This document shows positions 50,261 through 62,924 of a stretch of DNA of 64,000 bases, piece by piece (the first letter of the stretch is position 1; each line of letters begins with the position of its first letter). Both the position numbers and the translations under genes were made by a program. This DNA comes from Macrostomum hystrix (lineage: Eukaryota > Animalia > Platyhelminthes). The notes under the pieces were generated by a model. The model was not told the origin of the DNA, ran no database searches, and worked only from the letters and a program-made list of their open reading frames with translations. The DNA is taken from NCBI GenBank assembly GCA_950097015.1, contig CATNEN010000001.1:10354001-10418000 (forward strand), written 5' to 3'.

Positions 50261-50879
50261 CGTCTTCACATATCTCGACCAACATCTCACCCCAAGTTAA
50301 GTCACCCCTCGTTAACGCCAGTCAGCATTATCCCAGTTATCAAGACTTATTACTTTAGTCGCATCCTGACAGACATTACTCAAAATTCAAGTAAATAGCC
50401 TATGTTGCAAGGGTCCTCAACTCAATAATCTAAACCTCACTAAAGCTAGCTACGGCCATTTTACCGACAATGTCAAAAACTCCCTTGGGAAAATGATTCT
50501 GCCTGTGTCTCTCGTCTAGCATTGATCGATAAATTAATCAAACGATTAATAGATGGGAGGGTAATTAAAACTGATCCCATTACTACAGTAACTGGGAGAC
50601 TGACCGCCATGAGCTCAGGAATGAGATATGACTACAGCTTACCCCAGCTAATTCTCTCTGGATACGATTTTATTGAGCCTTAGTTGCAGTCAAATCTCCC
50701 AGTCAGTCTGCTCACTTCCTTGATGCGCAGGCACTATCGCTGCCGATATTGACTTTTCGCTTTAATAAAAACTTTTGAGTCACTGGCCAGTGGCAAATCA
50801 AAATGCATATGCCGTCTTAATTTGCATGGGAGCAACACCTGCTATAATGTCCATTTGAAAGCTTTGGGATCTAAATTTT

Positions 50880-51782
50880 ATCCGTCTCAATATCTTTCTC
50901 ATCCTGTCTCACCCTAAATCTCATCCCTGTCTCAACCTATATCTCACCTGCTGTCTTAACCTACATCTCACCTGCTGTCTTAACCTACATCTCACCTGCT
51001 GTCTTAACCTACATCTCACCTGCTGTCTTAACCTACATCTCACCTGCTGTCTTAACCTACATCTCACCTGCTGTCTTAACATAAATCTCATCCCTGTCTC
51101 AACCTACATCTCACCTGCTGTCTTAACCTACATCTCACCTGCTGTCTTAACCTACATCTCACCTGCTGTCTTAACCTACATCTCACCTGCTGTCTTAACC
51201 TACATCTCACCTGCTGTCTTAACATAAATCTCATCCCTGTCTCAACCTATATCTCACCTGCTGTCTTAACCTACATCTCACCTGCTGTCTTAACCTACAT
51301 CTCACCTGCTGTCTTAACCTACATCTCACCTGCTGTCTTAACCTAAATCTCATCCCTGTCTCAACCTATATCTCACCTGCTGTCTTAACCTACATCTCAC
51401 CTACTGTCTTAACCTACATCTCACCTGCTGTCTTAAACTACATCTCACCTCTAGTCTCAACCTACATCTCAATCTGTCTCAACCTACATCTCAATCTGTC
51501 TCAACCTACATCTCAATCTGTCTCAACCTACATCTCAATCTGTCTCAACCTACATCTCAATCTGTCTCAACCTACATCTCAATCTGTCTCAACCTACATC
51601 TCAATCTGTCTCAACCTACATCTCAATCTGTCTCAACCTACATCTCAATCTGTCTCAACCTACATCTCAATCTGTCTCAACCTAGATCTCAATCTGTCTC
51701 AACCTACATCTCAATCTGTCTCAACCTACATCTCAATCTGTCTCAACCTACATCTCAATCTGTCTCAACCTACATCTCACCG
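50880..51782. repeat. 24-bp then 22-bp minisatellite of the same AACCTACATCTCA family
   Basis: CCTACATCTCACCTGCTGTCTTAA units, then TGTCTCAACCTACATCTCAATC units. Confidence 0.93.
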
Positions 51783-52174
51783 CCTCACCACCCATCAGCA
51801 TCAGATCATCACAAGTGCACAATATCCTAGTAGAGCGTACATTAGCTATCGAATAGAAGCCAAGAAAGAAAATTCATTATTCATGCCCGCTAGAAACCTT
51901 ACCAAGGAACATAGGGACCCTCACACAGTTGGCAGTAGCGAAGGCTATCCATTCTCAGTTTGCCTTGAATCTTATTCCCGCTAATATTGCCGGCAGGGAA
52001 CCACTTGGGACTTTCCGAATGTTGTCCACAAAATATACGAATTTTGTTTGTTCTGTGAATCTAATTCTACATTCGAAATATGGGCCTAGTACGGTAAAAG
52101 AAGCGAATAGATTTGGCTGAAAATTTTTTCGTTTTGAAAATTCTAACAACTGCTCTGCATGCATGTATGTGCCG

Positions 52175-52875
52175 ATGAGATGAGACACGGGAGAGATGAG
52201 ACAGAAGAGAAATGAGACACTGGAGAGATGAGACACTGGAGAGATGAGACGCGAGAGAGATGAGACACGAGAGAGATGAGACACGAGAGAGATGAGACAC
52301 GAGAGAGATGAGACACGAGAGAGATGAGACACGAGAGAGATGAGACACGAGAGAGATGAGACACGAGAGAGATGAGACACGAGAGAGATGAGACACGGAA
52401 GAGATGAGACAGAAGAGAGATGAGACACTGGAGAGATGAGACACTGGAGAGATGAGACAGAAGAGAGATGAGACAGGGGAGAGATGAGACAGGGGAGAGA
52501 TGAGACACGGGAGAGATGATATAGGAAAGAGATGAAACAGGTTAGAGATGAAACAGGAGAGAGGTGAGACGCGGGAGAGATGAGACAGAGGAGAGATGAG
52601 ACAGAGGAGAGATGAGACACGGGAGAGATGAGACAAAAGAGAGATGAGACAGAGGAGAGATGAGACACGGGAGAGATGAGACACGGGAGAGATAAGACAG
52701 AAGAGAGATGAGACAAAAGAGAGATGAGACACGGGAAAGATGAGACGTGGGAGAGATGAGACACGGGAGAGATGAGACAGGGGAGAGATGAGACAGGTTA
52801 GAGATGAGACACGGGAGAGATGAGACAGGGGGCAGATGAGACAGGTGAGAGATGAGACAGGGGGCAGATGAGACT
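52175..52875. repeat. 16-bp GAGATGAGACACG(A/G)GA minisatellite (same family as 40876-43086)
   Basis: Directly visible. Confidence 0.93.
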
Positions 52876-53731
52876 GGCGAGTTGTCAATCTTATAGCTAG
52901 CTAAATGTTTTTTTATATGTGGGAGATTTTTTTCTCATGTTTGCACTTCTATGAATTCTAACCGGGTGGTGGAGAGTTCGAAGCCGAGTCCAGCTGTGCC
53001 AACAGATCGAGTCGTTGATCAATACACCTGATATTTACACAACAATACATTAGCTGCGGTAGAAAATTGTTGAACAAGTCTCCCTTGTTCAATGTTCAAT
53101 AACATGGTTGAATCTGAGTAGTCAACTCAGAAACAGCCGAGTCGCTGATTCTCATTTATTTATTCGGGAATGGCATCTAACAAGCCAATCGAATTTCTAA
53201 AGATGACATTTGAAAAGGCTCGCCAGTAGTTAAGTTTAGGATTCTGAAGTAACTCACGGAGCTGAGCCCAACAGGAACTAGACCGGACCGCCTTGCTCAA
53301 TTCGATAATCTCATGGACAATCAGACCTGCTTTGAGAACATTCGTGAGCTGATGGGGCTATACAGTGTATTTTTGCGATGACACATCATTATCTCGCAGT
53401 GTTGGGAAGCGAGGTATTAATCTATTGGGAATTTGTTATCTTCATAACATGCGAACCCACCCCCGCATGGCGTCAATTTCAGAGGCGGGCAAAACTTTTG
53501 AAATTACTTTCACCGTACTCAGATGAAACTGCACTCCTGAGTCCTGTGAATGAGTTGATGTTTTTTTATTTTGTGGGACATTATCAAGTTGTGCGAATTT
53601 CGATTCATAAAGAATTTCCTGTTTATTAAATACGGTTTTCGGAAATTTACAGAATACTCGTAGCAGAGTTTAGGAATTTTCCGAATAAAAAGTATTATTA
53701 TTTTTCTTAAAATGGTTTTAAAATTAACAAA

Positions 53732-54775
53732 TTTCTCACTGAAATTCCATATTCTCACCGAATTTCCCCTTCGTTCCGAATTTTCTAATTGTCCCTGAGT
53801 TTCCCAATTCTCCCTGAATTTCCCAATTCTCACTAAATTTTCCGATTCTCCCGAATTTCCCAATTCTCACTAAATTTTCCGATTCTCCCGAATTTTCCAA
53901 TTCTCACTAAATTTCCCGATTCTCCCCGAAATTCCCAATTCTCCCCGAATTTCCCATTTCTCACTAAATGTCCCAATTCCCCCCGAATTTACCGATTCTC
54001 ACTAAATTTCCCAATTCTCCCTGAATTTCCCGATTCTCCCGAATTTCCCAATTCTCACTAAATTTCCCAATTCTCCCTGAATTTCCCGATTCTCACTAAA
54101 TTTCCCAATTCTCCCCGAAATTCCCAATTCTCCCTGAATTTCCCGATTCTCCCTGAATTTCCCAATTCTCACTAAATTTCCCAATTCTCCCTGAATTTCC
54201 CGATTCTCACTAAATTTCCCAATTCTCCCCGAAATTCCCAATTCTCCCTGAATTTCCCAATTCTCCCTGAATTTCCCAATTGTCCCTGAATTTCCCAATT
54301 CTCCCTGAATTTCCCAATTCTCACTAAGTTTCCCGATTCTCCCCGAAATTCCCAATTCTCCCCGAATTTCCCATTTCTCACTAAATGTCCCAATTCCCCC
54401 CGAATTTACCGATTCTCACTAAATTTCCCAATTCTCCCTGAATTTCCCGATTCTCCCGAATATCCCAATTCTCCCTAAATTTCCCGATTCTCCTGAATTT
54501 CCCAATTCTCACTAAATTTCCCAATTCTCCCTGAATTTCCCGATTCTCACTAAATTTCTCAATTCTCCCTGAATTTCCCAATTGTCCCTGAATTTCCCAA
54601 TTCTCCCTGAATTTCCCAATTCTCACTGAAGTTCCTGAGTCTCCCCGAATTTCCCGATTATCCTAATTCTCCCCGAATTTCCCAATTCTCCCTAAATTTC
54701 CTAATTCGCCAATTCACCTTGAATTTTCTAATTCTTTCTAAATTCGCTGATTCTCCCCAAATTTACCAAATTCTC
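53732..54775. repeat. About 19-bp minisatellite AATTTCCCAATTCTC(CCTG/ACTA)
   Basis: Directly visible. Confidence 0.92.
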
Positions 54776-55539
54776 TTTAAAATTTTCTTTTTTTATGAGA
54801 TTTGTTTTCCTATTGTCTGATTATCCCATAATTTTTGAAGTCCTAAACATCTGAATTTCTTGATTATTTCAAAATTTTCCCATTTTACCCAGAATTTCCT
54901 GAGATTTTCCAATGAAACTGAGAACAGTCACTCAAAGTTTGCAGTTCCATCAGCACCTTAGATAAACTATTGTCAGCCTGGCCTTCAATAGTTTAGTCGC
55001 ATAGATACGTATCAGGCAGCATCTGAGCAGCTGCTGTTTGGTTTCCGAATACACTTTGCACCAGCCTCGTAACCGCGACGCGCTACTGGTCAGAAAGAAT
55101 TTGGGAAGAAAATTCCCCAAAGCCTCTCTTCCTCCAGTTTTCTACAAACTAGCTGCCCTCACAACCAACAACCAACGGGGATCGACTAACTAGGGATACA
55201 AATAGAAAATATCTGGGAAATAGTAAATTCTTAAGTGCTAAACTGTTCTTCCACCATGTTAAGAAACGTGTCTTCGTTGAAGTTTTAGTTTAACAAAAAA
55301 TCTACAAATTAGCAAACAGCATTCAGCAGTTTGTTGACAGTCTTGTCAGTGCCGAAGCAGAAGACATTTTACGACGCGTAAGCTAAACATACTTTTTTGA
55401 TTTATTAGTTGTTTTGATTTTCGGCCTAATATCTGATTGTCAGTGAGTGGTGTTGAATTCTAATTATAGAATTTGGGTACATTTTAGAAACCCACACAGA
55501 ATGGACGTACAGACAGCCTGGAAGATAAATATTGACAGT

Positions 55540-56010
55540 TGATAGACAGATAGATGGTGATAGAGGTAGATAGATGGTGAATATATACTTGTAGATTGGT
55601 AGATAGACAGATGTTAGATAGATTAATGGTAGATAGATAATTGGTAGATAGATAGATTGTCGATAGATGATAGATTAGATGGATGGTAGATAGATAGGTG
55701 ATAGATAGCGAGATGGTAGGTAGATAGATAATAGACAGATGGTAGATAGACTGATGGTAGATAGATAGGTGATAGATAGCGAGATGGTAGGTAGATAGAT
55801 AATAGACAGATGGTAGATAGACAGATGGTAGATAGACAGATGGTAGATAGACAGATGGTAGATAGACAGATGGTAGATAGACAGATGGTAGATAGACAGA
55901 TGGTAGATAGACAGATGGTAGATAGACAGATGGTAGATGGAGACATTGTAGATTGATAGATGGTAGATAGATACTTGGTAGATAGATTGTAGATAGATCG
56001 ATGATAGACG
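55540..56010. repeat. GATA-derived repeat including 15-bp GATAGACAGATGGTA units
   Basis: Directly visible. Confidence 0.9.
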
Positions 56011-56697
56011 GTAGTACGTACAGAAAGTTGCTAGATAAGCATATTTGGAGTGTATATGTTTTAAATCCAGTTTTGTTTGGCTTCTAATTGTTAGCTTTTT
56101 AATTTATTGCAAATCATTTCCAAGTCTAGATCAGTTTAATTGTAATTCTGCAGAATTTGCAGGAAAATTATTTTTGTTTAATCAAAAAGCAAATCTACCT
56201 GTCTGTCAATTTACTATTTGCAAACTCTAAAAGACAAGGTGTTTAATTATCAGCTAATGTAATTCCCCATGGGCAGGTGTCGTGGGCCAGTTTTTTCAAT
56301 TAATCCCACAACTATAGTCCGACAATGTGACAACCAACGCTGTCAGCCCTTAAGCTGTAGACACTGGCTCTCGAGGGAGAAGACACGACACGAGAAATGT
56401 CCAACTTTATTAGATAATTGCTAATTGTTAATTGGCTGCGTGGGAAGGTAAAATTGAATCAGCCTTTTAACCCAAATCCCAAACCAGTGCTATTTTACCC
56501 CCACAAAGAAATCAGATCCTTCACTTGGGAAAATAGAAAGTCAACTGAACTCACTTGAGTAAACAGGCAGCGCACCTAACATTGAGGTGGGTTGACTGTC
56601 TGCTTGAGTACCTCACTGTTTGTCGATCCAATTCAATTCGCACCAACGAACACAGCTCACTGCGATGCAAATTTATCTCTGGGTGCCCGTTTACGGG

Positions 56698-56734
56698 ATC
56701 TATCTATCTTTCTGTCTATCTATCTATCCATCTG

Positions 56735-56769
<35 letters not shown>

Positions 56770-56806
56770 GTCTATCTATCTATCTGTCTATCTATCTATC
56801 CATCTG

Positions 56807-56892
<86 letters not shown>

Positions 56893-56893
56893 G

Positions 56894-56969
<76 letters not shown>

Positions 56970-56976
56970 GTCTATC

Positions 56977-57074
<98 letters not shown>

Positions 57075-57075
57075 C

Positions 57076-57106
<31 letters not shown>
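56698..57106. repeat. (TATC)n microsatellite
   Basis: Directly visible. Confidence 0.97.
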
Positions 57107-57107
<1 letters not shown>

Positions 57108-57679
57108 GGACCAAAGTTGATTCAGAATTTTATAGGCACTGTTTTATTAATTGTACCGCAATACTCAATTTATAATCCATTCTGCTAGCAATACGCCTTC
57201 ATTTGTTATTGCCGGAATCTCAAAGCAGAAGATAGCAACACTGCGATGACTTTATAGAAGATAAAGAAAGATATGGAGTGAGAGAGACGGGGGGTAAGGA
57301 AGGAGGGAAATGAATCGATGGTAAACACGCGCACAACTCACAAGAAGCGGAGCTACTGAAACACTTGGGTGAGGCTATTTTGCATTTTAGACTTATCCCA
57401 TCTAGGAGCTAAATCTATGGGAGATGGTCTTGGGAGACTTACTGTCCAGTCTATGATGCGGATTAAGAAGCAGCCGGGGGTTGTGCGCCCTAGCGCATGC
57501 CCTAGCGCTCACAAACTCCGACCACCGTTGAACTTGCGCAAGCCGCGAATTTTGTTTTCCTAGAATCTGTTTCTCTTTCAGCGTCTCTTTTTCTTCTCTT
57601 TGTTCTTATAAACTTTTCCTGCTATTTATTTTTACGCGAGCTTTGAGAAATTTAGTTGTTTTTTGTCAGATTCCTAAGC

Positions 57680-57912
57680 GATTGGTAGAGTGATTGGTAG
57701 AGTAATTGGTAGAGTGATTGGTAGAGGGATTGGTAGAGTGATTGGTAGAGTAATTGGTAGATTGATTGGTAGAGTGACTGGTAGAGTGATTGGTAGAGTA
57801 ATTGGTAGAGTGATTGGTAGAGTGATTGGTAGAGTGATTGGTAGAGCGATTGGTAGAGTAATTGGTAGATTGATTGGTAGAGTGATTGGTAGAGTGATTG
57901 GTAGAGTGATTG
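57680..57912. repeat. 12-bp minisatellite GATTGGTAGAGT
   Basis: Directly visible. Confidence 0.93.
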
Positions 57913-58009
57913 ATGAGTGACAGTTGTGGTGAAACGAAAGCTGTCAACTCCTGTCCTACCCTTTCAGACCCAACAGACTGTAGAAGCCGCTGAGTGATTG
58001 CCACCGTCA

Positions 58010-58578
58010 ATGGCTCCGTCCACCGCCGAAGAGTTCTGTCGCCTCCTGGACATTGAATACTATCCCTACATGCTGGTGGCTCCTTTCACATTCCTCGCGG
58101 GACTGGCGTTCGCCTTCTCGGCGTTCGTGTTCCAACGATTGCGCAGCGAGTCCAACAGTGTCACCGGGTTTCTCACAATTGTCATCACCGAGATGCTCAT
58201 CTGTTTGAGCAGCGGAGCCTGCTTGGGTCTGAAGCTAGTCAACATTGCCGAGAATCGGGCCGCTTGCATCGACGGCAGCATCGGGCAGCTGTTGGCGATG
58301 AATTCTAGCAATCAGTCCATTCCTACTAGTAGCAGCAATTTTAGCTTCGTTCATCAGCAGCAACAGCGTGGCAAATACTTCCCAATTCCATTGTTGGTAG
58401 CATTCTATTCAACAAACTATCTACTATTCGCCAGGAACTATTGCATTGTGGTGAAGACTGTACTGACTCTGGTAGCCATCGCGTCGCCGATGCGCGCTCG
58501 AGTGGTCCTGACGGCTGCAAGGGCAAGGGCCGCCTTCGCCGCCTGCTATATATTCGCCGTGGTGCCCAACTGCGTGCG
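58010..58578 (+). CDS. Rhodopsin-like (class A, flatworm peptide/chemoreceptor-like) GPCR, exon 1 (TM1-TM4)
   Basis: ATG 58010. Four hydrophobic helices; TM3-ICL2 FARNYCIVVKTVLTLVAIASPMRAR. Donor CG|GTGAGA at 58579, phase 2. Confidence 0.78.
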
Positions 58579-58594
58579 GTGAGACAGCTTTAGG

Positions 58595-58706
58595 AGGTAG
58601 ATGCAGGTAGATGCAGGTAGATGCAGGTAGATGCAGGTAGATGCAGGTAGATGCAGGTAGATGCAGGTAGATGCAGGTAGATGCAGGTAGATGCAGGTAG
58701 ATGCAG
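58595..58706. repeat. 10-bp repeat AGGTAGATGC
   Basis: Directly visible, about 11 copies. Confidence 0.93.
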
Positions 58707-59644
58707 TTGATAGATAAATAATAGGATAAATATATAACATAAGAAATATGTAGTTAAAAATTTAAGAATATTTCATGTGGAAGCCATTAGTAGATTATTG
58801 GTAAATTTGTAGATTACTTGCTTTTAGGTAGCCTATAGACGAGGCTAGTGGCCGATATGTTTCGAAAAAGTTTATTTTTAAAGTGATCCATGTACTAAGA
58901 ATGCAGATTTTTCTATGAAATAAGGTCAAACAGCTTAGGAAAAATTCCCATAGAGAAGAACTGTGAAATCCCATTCTCTTGGCGAACTTTAGCGGATTAA
59001 TTTTTGCACTCCGATTCAAATCAGGCCTTACAGAATGGGATTTTAAAAGAAATTCAGAAATTAGTTTTCTAATTCAGTTAGAAGCAATCCTGCACTGTAC
59101 CATGGCGAAGTGCTTTGTGGCTGTTTGATTTCATTTTACTCAAAGTAGATTTCCATTTGATTTCGAGACATACGGCCCTTAAATCGAGTAGCTTATCTAT
59201 ATGGAATCCAAATCTAAAGATTGTAGTAAGGTGAATCAATCCCTACGGATTAACTAAACTTTTACGATTCTCATGCGCGGAGTAAAGTGGAGGATAATCC
59301 TCCAACTGCTTGAGCACAACTGTTTCACCCACTGAGGCCTGGCAAATTGCCCAACATTACAGCCTGCCAAATCAATATTATCATTAGATTTCACCCTGGC
59401 GGACATTCAGGATTAAATCGTATTGTTCTCTACCCGCCGTGAGAGAGTTGGCTGGCTAATAAAAGCAGTTGCTTCTGTGATTCACTGGTCTCTGGCTAAA
59501 TGATCTTGTTTTTCTGCTGGCCTGTTGTTTGGTTTGGCAAAATGCTACTTTGCTTGGCACCGTGGGACAATACAGGTGATTGACAACCAGCGTGAGATTC
59601 GTGCGGTTTTACACGGAACTAATTAGCTGACGGATTTGGGAATA

Positions 59645-61195
59645 AGGTAGAGGGTACGGTACAGTTGAAGGATTAAGGATGGGGTAGAGGAAACAGCTGA
59701 AGGATTTGGGGATGGGGTAGAGGGAACAGCTGAAGGATTTGGGGATGGGGTTGAGGGTACGGTACAGTTGAAGGATTTGGGAATGGGTTGAGGGAACAGC
59801 TGAAGTATTTGGGGATGGGGTTGAGGGAACAGCTGAAGGATTTGGGGATGGTGTAGAGGAAACAGCTGAAGGATTTGGGAATGGGTTGAGGGAACAGCTG
59901 AAGTATTTGGGGATGGGGTTGAGGGAACAGCTGAAGGATTTGGGGAATGGGTTGAGGGAACAGCTGAAGGATTTGGGGATGGGGTTGAGGGAACAGCTGA
60001 AGGATTTGGGGAATGGGTTGAGGGAACAGCTGAAGGATTTGGGGAATGGGTTGAGGGAACAGCTGAAGGATTTGGGGAATGGGTTGAGGGAACAGCTGAA
60101 GGATTTGGGGATGGGGTTGAGGGAACAGCTGAAGGATTTGGGGAATGGGTTGAGGGAACAGCTGAAGGATTTGGGGATGGGGTTGAGGGAACAGCTGAAG
60201 GATTTGGGGATGGTGTAGAGGGAACAGCTGAAGGATTTGGGGATGGGGTTGAGGGAACAGCTGAAGGATTTGGGGATGGGGTAGAGGGAACAGCTGAAGG
60301 ATTTGGGGATGGGGTAGAGGGGACAGCTGAAGGATTTGGGGATGGGGTAGAGGGAACAGCTGAAGGATTTGGGGATGGGGTAGAGGGAACAGCTGTAGGA
60401 TTTGGGGATGGGGTAGAGGGAACAGCTGTAGGATTTGGGGATGGGGTAGAGGGAACAGCTGAAGGATTTGGGGATGGGGTAGAGGGGACAGCTGAAGGAT
60501 TTGGGGATGGGGTAGAGGGAACAGCTGAAGGATTTGGGGATGGGGTAGAGGGAACAGCTGTAGGATTTGGGGATGGGGTAGAGGGAACAGCTGAAGGATT
60601 TGGGGATGGGGTTGAGGGAACAGCTGAAGGATTTGGGGAATGGGGTTGAGGGAACAGCTGAAGGATTTGGGGATGGGGTTGAGGGAACAGCTGAAGGATT
60701 TGGGGATGGGGTTGAGGGAACAGCTGAAGGATTTGGGGAATGGGGTTGAGGGAACAGCTGAAGGATTTGGGGATGGGGTAGAGGGAACAGCTGAAGGATT
60801 TGGGGAATGGGGTTGAGGGAACAGCTGAAGGATTTGGGGATGGGGTAGAGGGAACAGCTGAAGGATTTGGGGATGGGGTTGAGGGGACAGCTGAAGGATT
60901 TGGGGATGGGGTTGAGGGGACAGCTGAAGGATTTGGGGATGGGGTAGAGGGAACAGCTGAAGGATTTGGGGATGGGGTAGAGGGAACAGCTGAAGGATTT
61001 GGGGATGGGGTAGAGGGAACAGCTGAAGTATTTGGGGATGGGGTAGAGGGAACAGCTAAAGTATTTGGGGATGGGCTAGAGGGAAGAGCTGAAGGATTTG
61101 GGGATGGGGTAGAGGGAACAGCTGAAGTATTTGGGGATGGGGTAGAGGGAAGAGCTGAAGGATTTGGGGATGGGCTAGAGGGAACAGCTGAAATG
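59645..61195. repeat. 33-bp G-rich minisatellite GGGAACAGCTGAAGGATTTGGGGATGGGGT(A/T)GA
   Basis: Directly visible; multiple G-runs per unit. Confidence 0.96.
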
Positions 61196-61274
61196 TTAGG
61201 GTTAGATAATTTCTAAGGATCGCAGATTCCTATATTAAGTCGGCACCTATCTCCGCCTCCTTCAACCACTGCAG

Positions 61275-61632
61275 CTTCTCCGCCGAAGCATTCAACGTGT
61301 ACGTGAGGACAGACCTGCTGCCGCACTACATTCAGCTGCTCACTCGGAACCATGACACCATCCACGGCATTATCTTCTCACTGCAGGGTCCAGTCCCAGC
61401 TGGCCTGGCATTCTCCATCTCGCTGGTAATCTCATGGCGCCTACTGCGACATCGGGACGATCGGCGACTCCTGACTGACAACGGCAGTCGGCGACTGCGA
61501 CGGTTGCCGCTGTCGCAAAGAATTCGTGGCAGCATCGGTGGCGCTGGCACGACTGCGGCCAGGAACGGAAGGGCTAGCATTGGTGATGACGTGGCGGCGG
61601 CGACTGCGCCGGTTGGATCTGCGGGGTCCCAG
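61275..61632 (+). CDS. GPCR exon 2 (ECL2, TM5, ICL3)
   Basis: ctgcag|61275, phase 2. TM5 IIFSLQGPVPAGLAFSISLVISWRLLRHR. Donor CAG|GTGCGC at 61633, phase 0. Confidence 0.78.
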
Positions 61633-61679
61633 GTGCGCGTTTTGGGAGAATTGCTTTAAATGCAGTCTGCTTTGACAGC

Positions 61680-62420
61680 TTTCTCACCCTAGAATCACTC
61701 TCTTCCCCAATTCTCACCCTAGAATCACTCTCTCCCCCGATTCTCACCCTAGAATCACTCTCTCCCCAAATTCTCACCCTAGAGTCACTCTCTCCCCAAA
61801 TTCTCACCCTAGAATCACTCTCTCCCCCGATTCTCACCCTAGAATCACTCTCTTCCCCAATTCTCACCCTAGAATCACTCTCTCCCCCGATTCTCACCCT
61901 AGAATCACTCTCTCCCCCGATTCTCACCCTAGAATCACTCTCTCCCCAAATTCTCACCCTAGAATCACTCTCTTCCCCAATTCTCACCCTAGAATCACTC
62001 TCTTCCCCAATTCTCACCCTAGAATCACTCTCTCCCCCGATTCTCACCCTAGAATCACTCTCTTCCCCAATTCTCACCCTAGAATCACTCTCTCCCCCGA
62101 TTCTCACCCTAGAATCACTCTCTCCCCAAATTCTCACCCTAGAATCACTCTCTTCCCCAATTCTCACCCTAGAATCACTCTCTTCCCCAATTCTCACCCT
62201 AGAATCACTCTCTTCCCCAATTCTCACCCTAGAATCACTCTCTTCCCCAATTCTCACCCTAGAATCACTCTCGTCCCCAATTCTCACCCTAGAATCACTC
62301 TCTCCCCAAATTCTCACCCTAGAATCACTCTCTCCCCAATTCACACCCTAGAATCACTCTCTTCCCCAATTCTCACCCTAGAATCACTCTCTCCCCCAAT
62401 TCTTACCCTAGAATCACAGA
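61680..62420. repeat. 30-bp minisatellite TTCTCACCCTAGAATCACTCTCT(T/C)CCCC(AA/GA)
   Basis: Directly visible; fills almost all of GPCR intron 2. Confidence 0.96.
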
Positions 62421-62473
62421 ATTCTCCCCAGAGTTACTCCTCAAATACCAATATCAACCACAATATCGGCCAG

Positions 62474-62815
62474 GTGTCCACAAGGGCCGTGTTGCGGGTC
62501 ATGTTGGTAGCGCTGATATTCGCGCAATGCGAAGTGCCCACAACGGTCCTGGCGGCACTAGACAGCGGCGAAGAGAGCGCCAAAGTGGTTGCTAGCCGGG
62601 TTGTCGGCAATCTATTCGTGATAGCCGACTCCTACTTCAATCTGGTGGTGATAGCTTTGACTAATCGGCGATTTCTAAGAAAAGCCGGCGAGCTGATGTC
62701 CGGCAAGCCGCATCGGCTTCGTCACGTTGACGGCTTCTCGCCTAGAAACCTGCCCCTGCCGGCCAGGGAGTCCATATTCAGGCAGGGCCTGGTGGCTGGC
62801 ACTGCGGCTGCTTGA
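62474..62815 (+). CDS. GPCR exon 3 (TM6, TM7, helix 8, C-tail)
   Basis: ggccag|62474, phase 0. TM6 STRAVLRVMLVALIFAQCEVP; TM7 VGNLFVIADSYFNLVVIALTNRRFLRK. The joined CDS is 1269 nt, 422 aa. Confidence 0.8.
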   Translation: MSTRAVLRVMLVALIFAQCEVPTTVLAALDSGEESAKVVASRVVGNLFVIADSYFNLVVIALTNRRFLRKAGELMSGKPHRLRHVDGFSPRNLPLPARESIFRQGLVAGTAAA

Positions 62816-62924
62816 TCTGAGCATGTTTTGCACTATTTGACTAAATTATTTTTTCGCGAAAAACTTTTTCATATCGATTTTTTCCTCTTGAGAGACTCTA
62901 GTGGAGGATAAACTACTAAATTAA

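Noticed and set aside
59886-62344. Repeat-protein-like ORFs (GLREQLKDLG, EGTAEGFGDG, ESDSRVRIG)
   Set aside because: 33-bp and 30-bp arrays inside GPCR introns; the GPCR exons join in frame without them.
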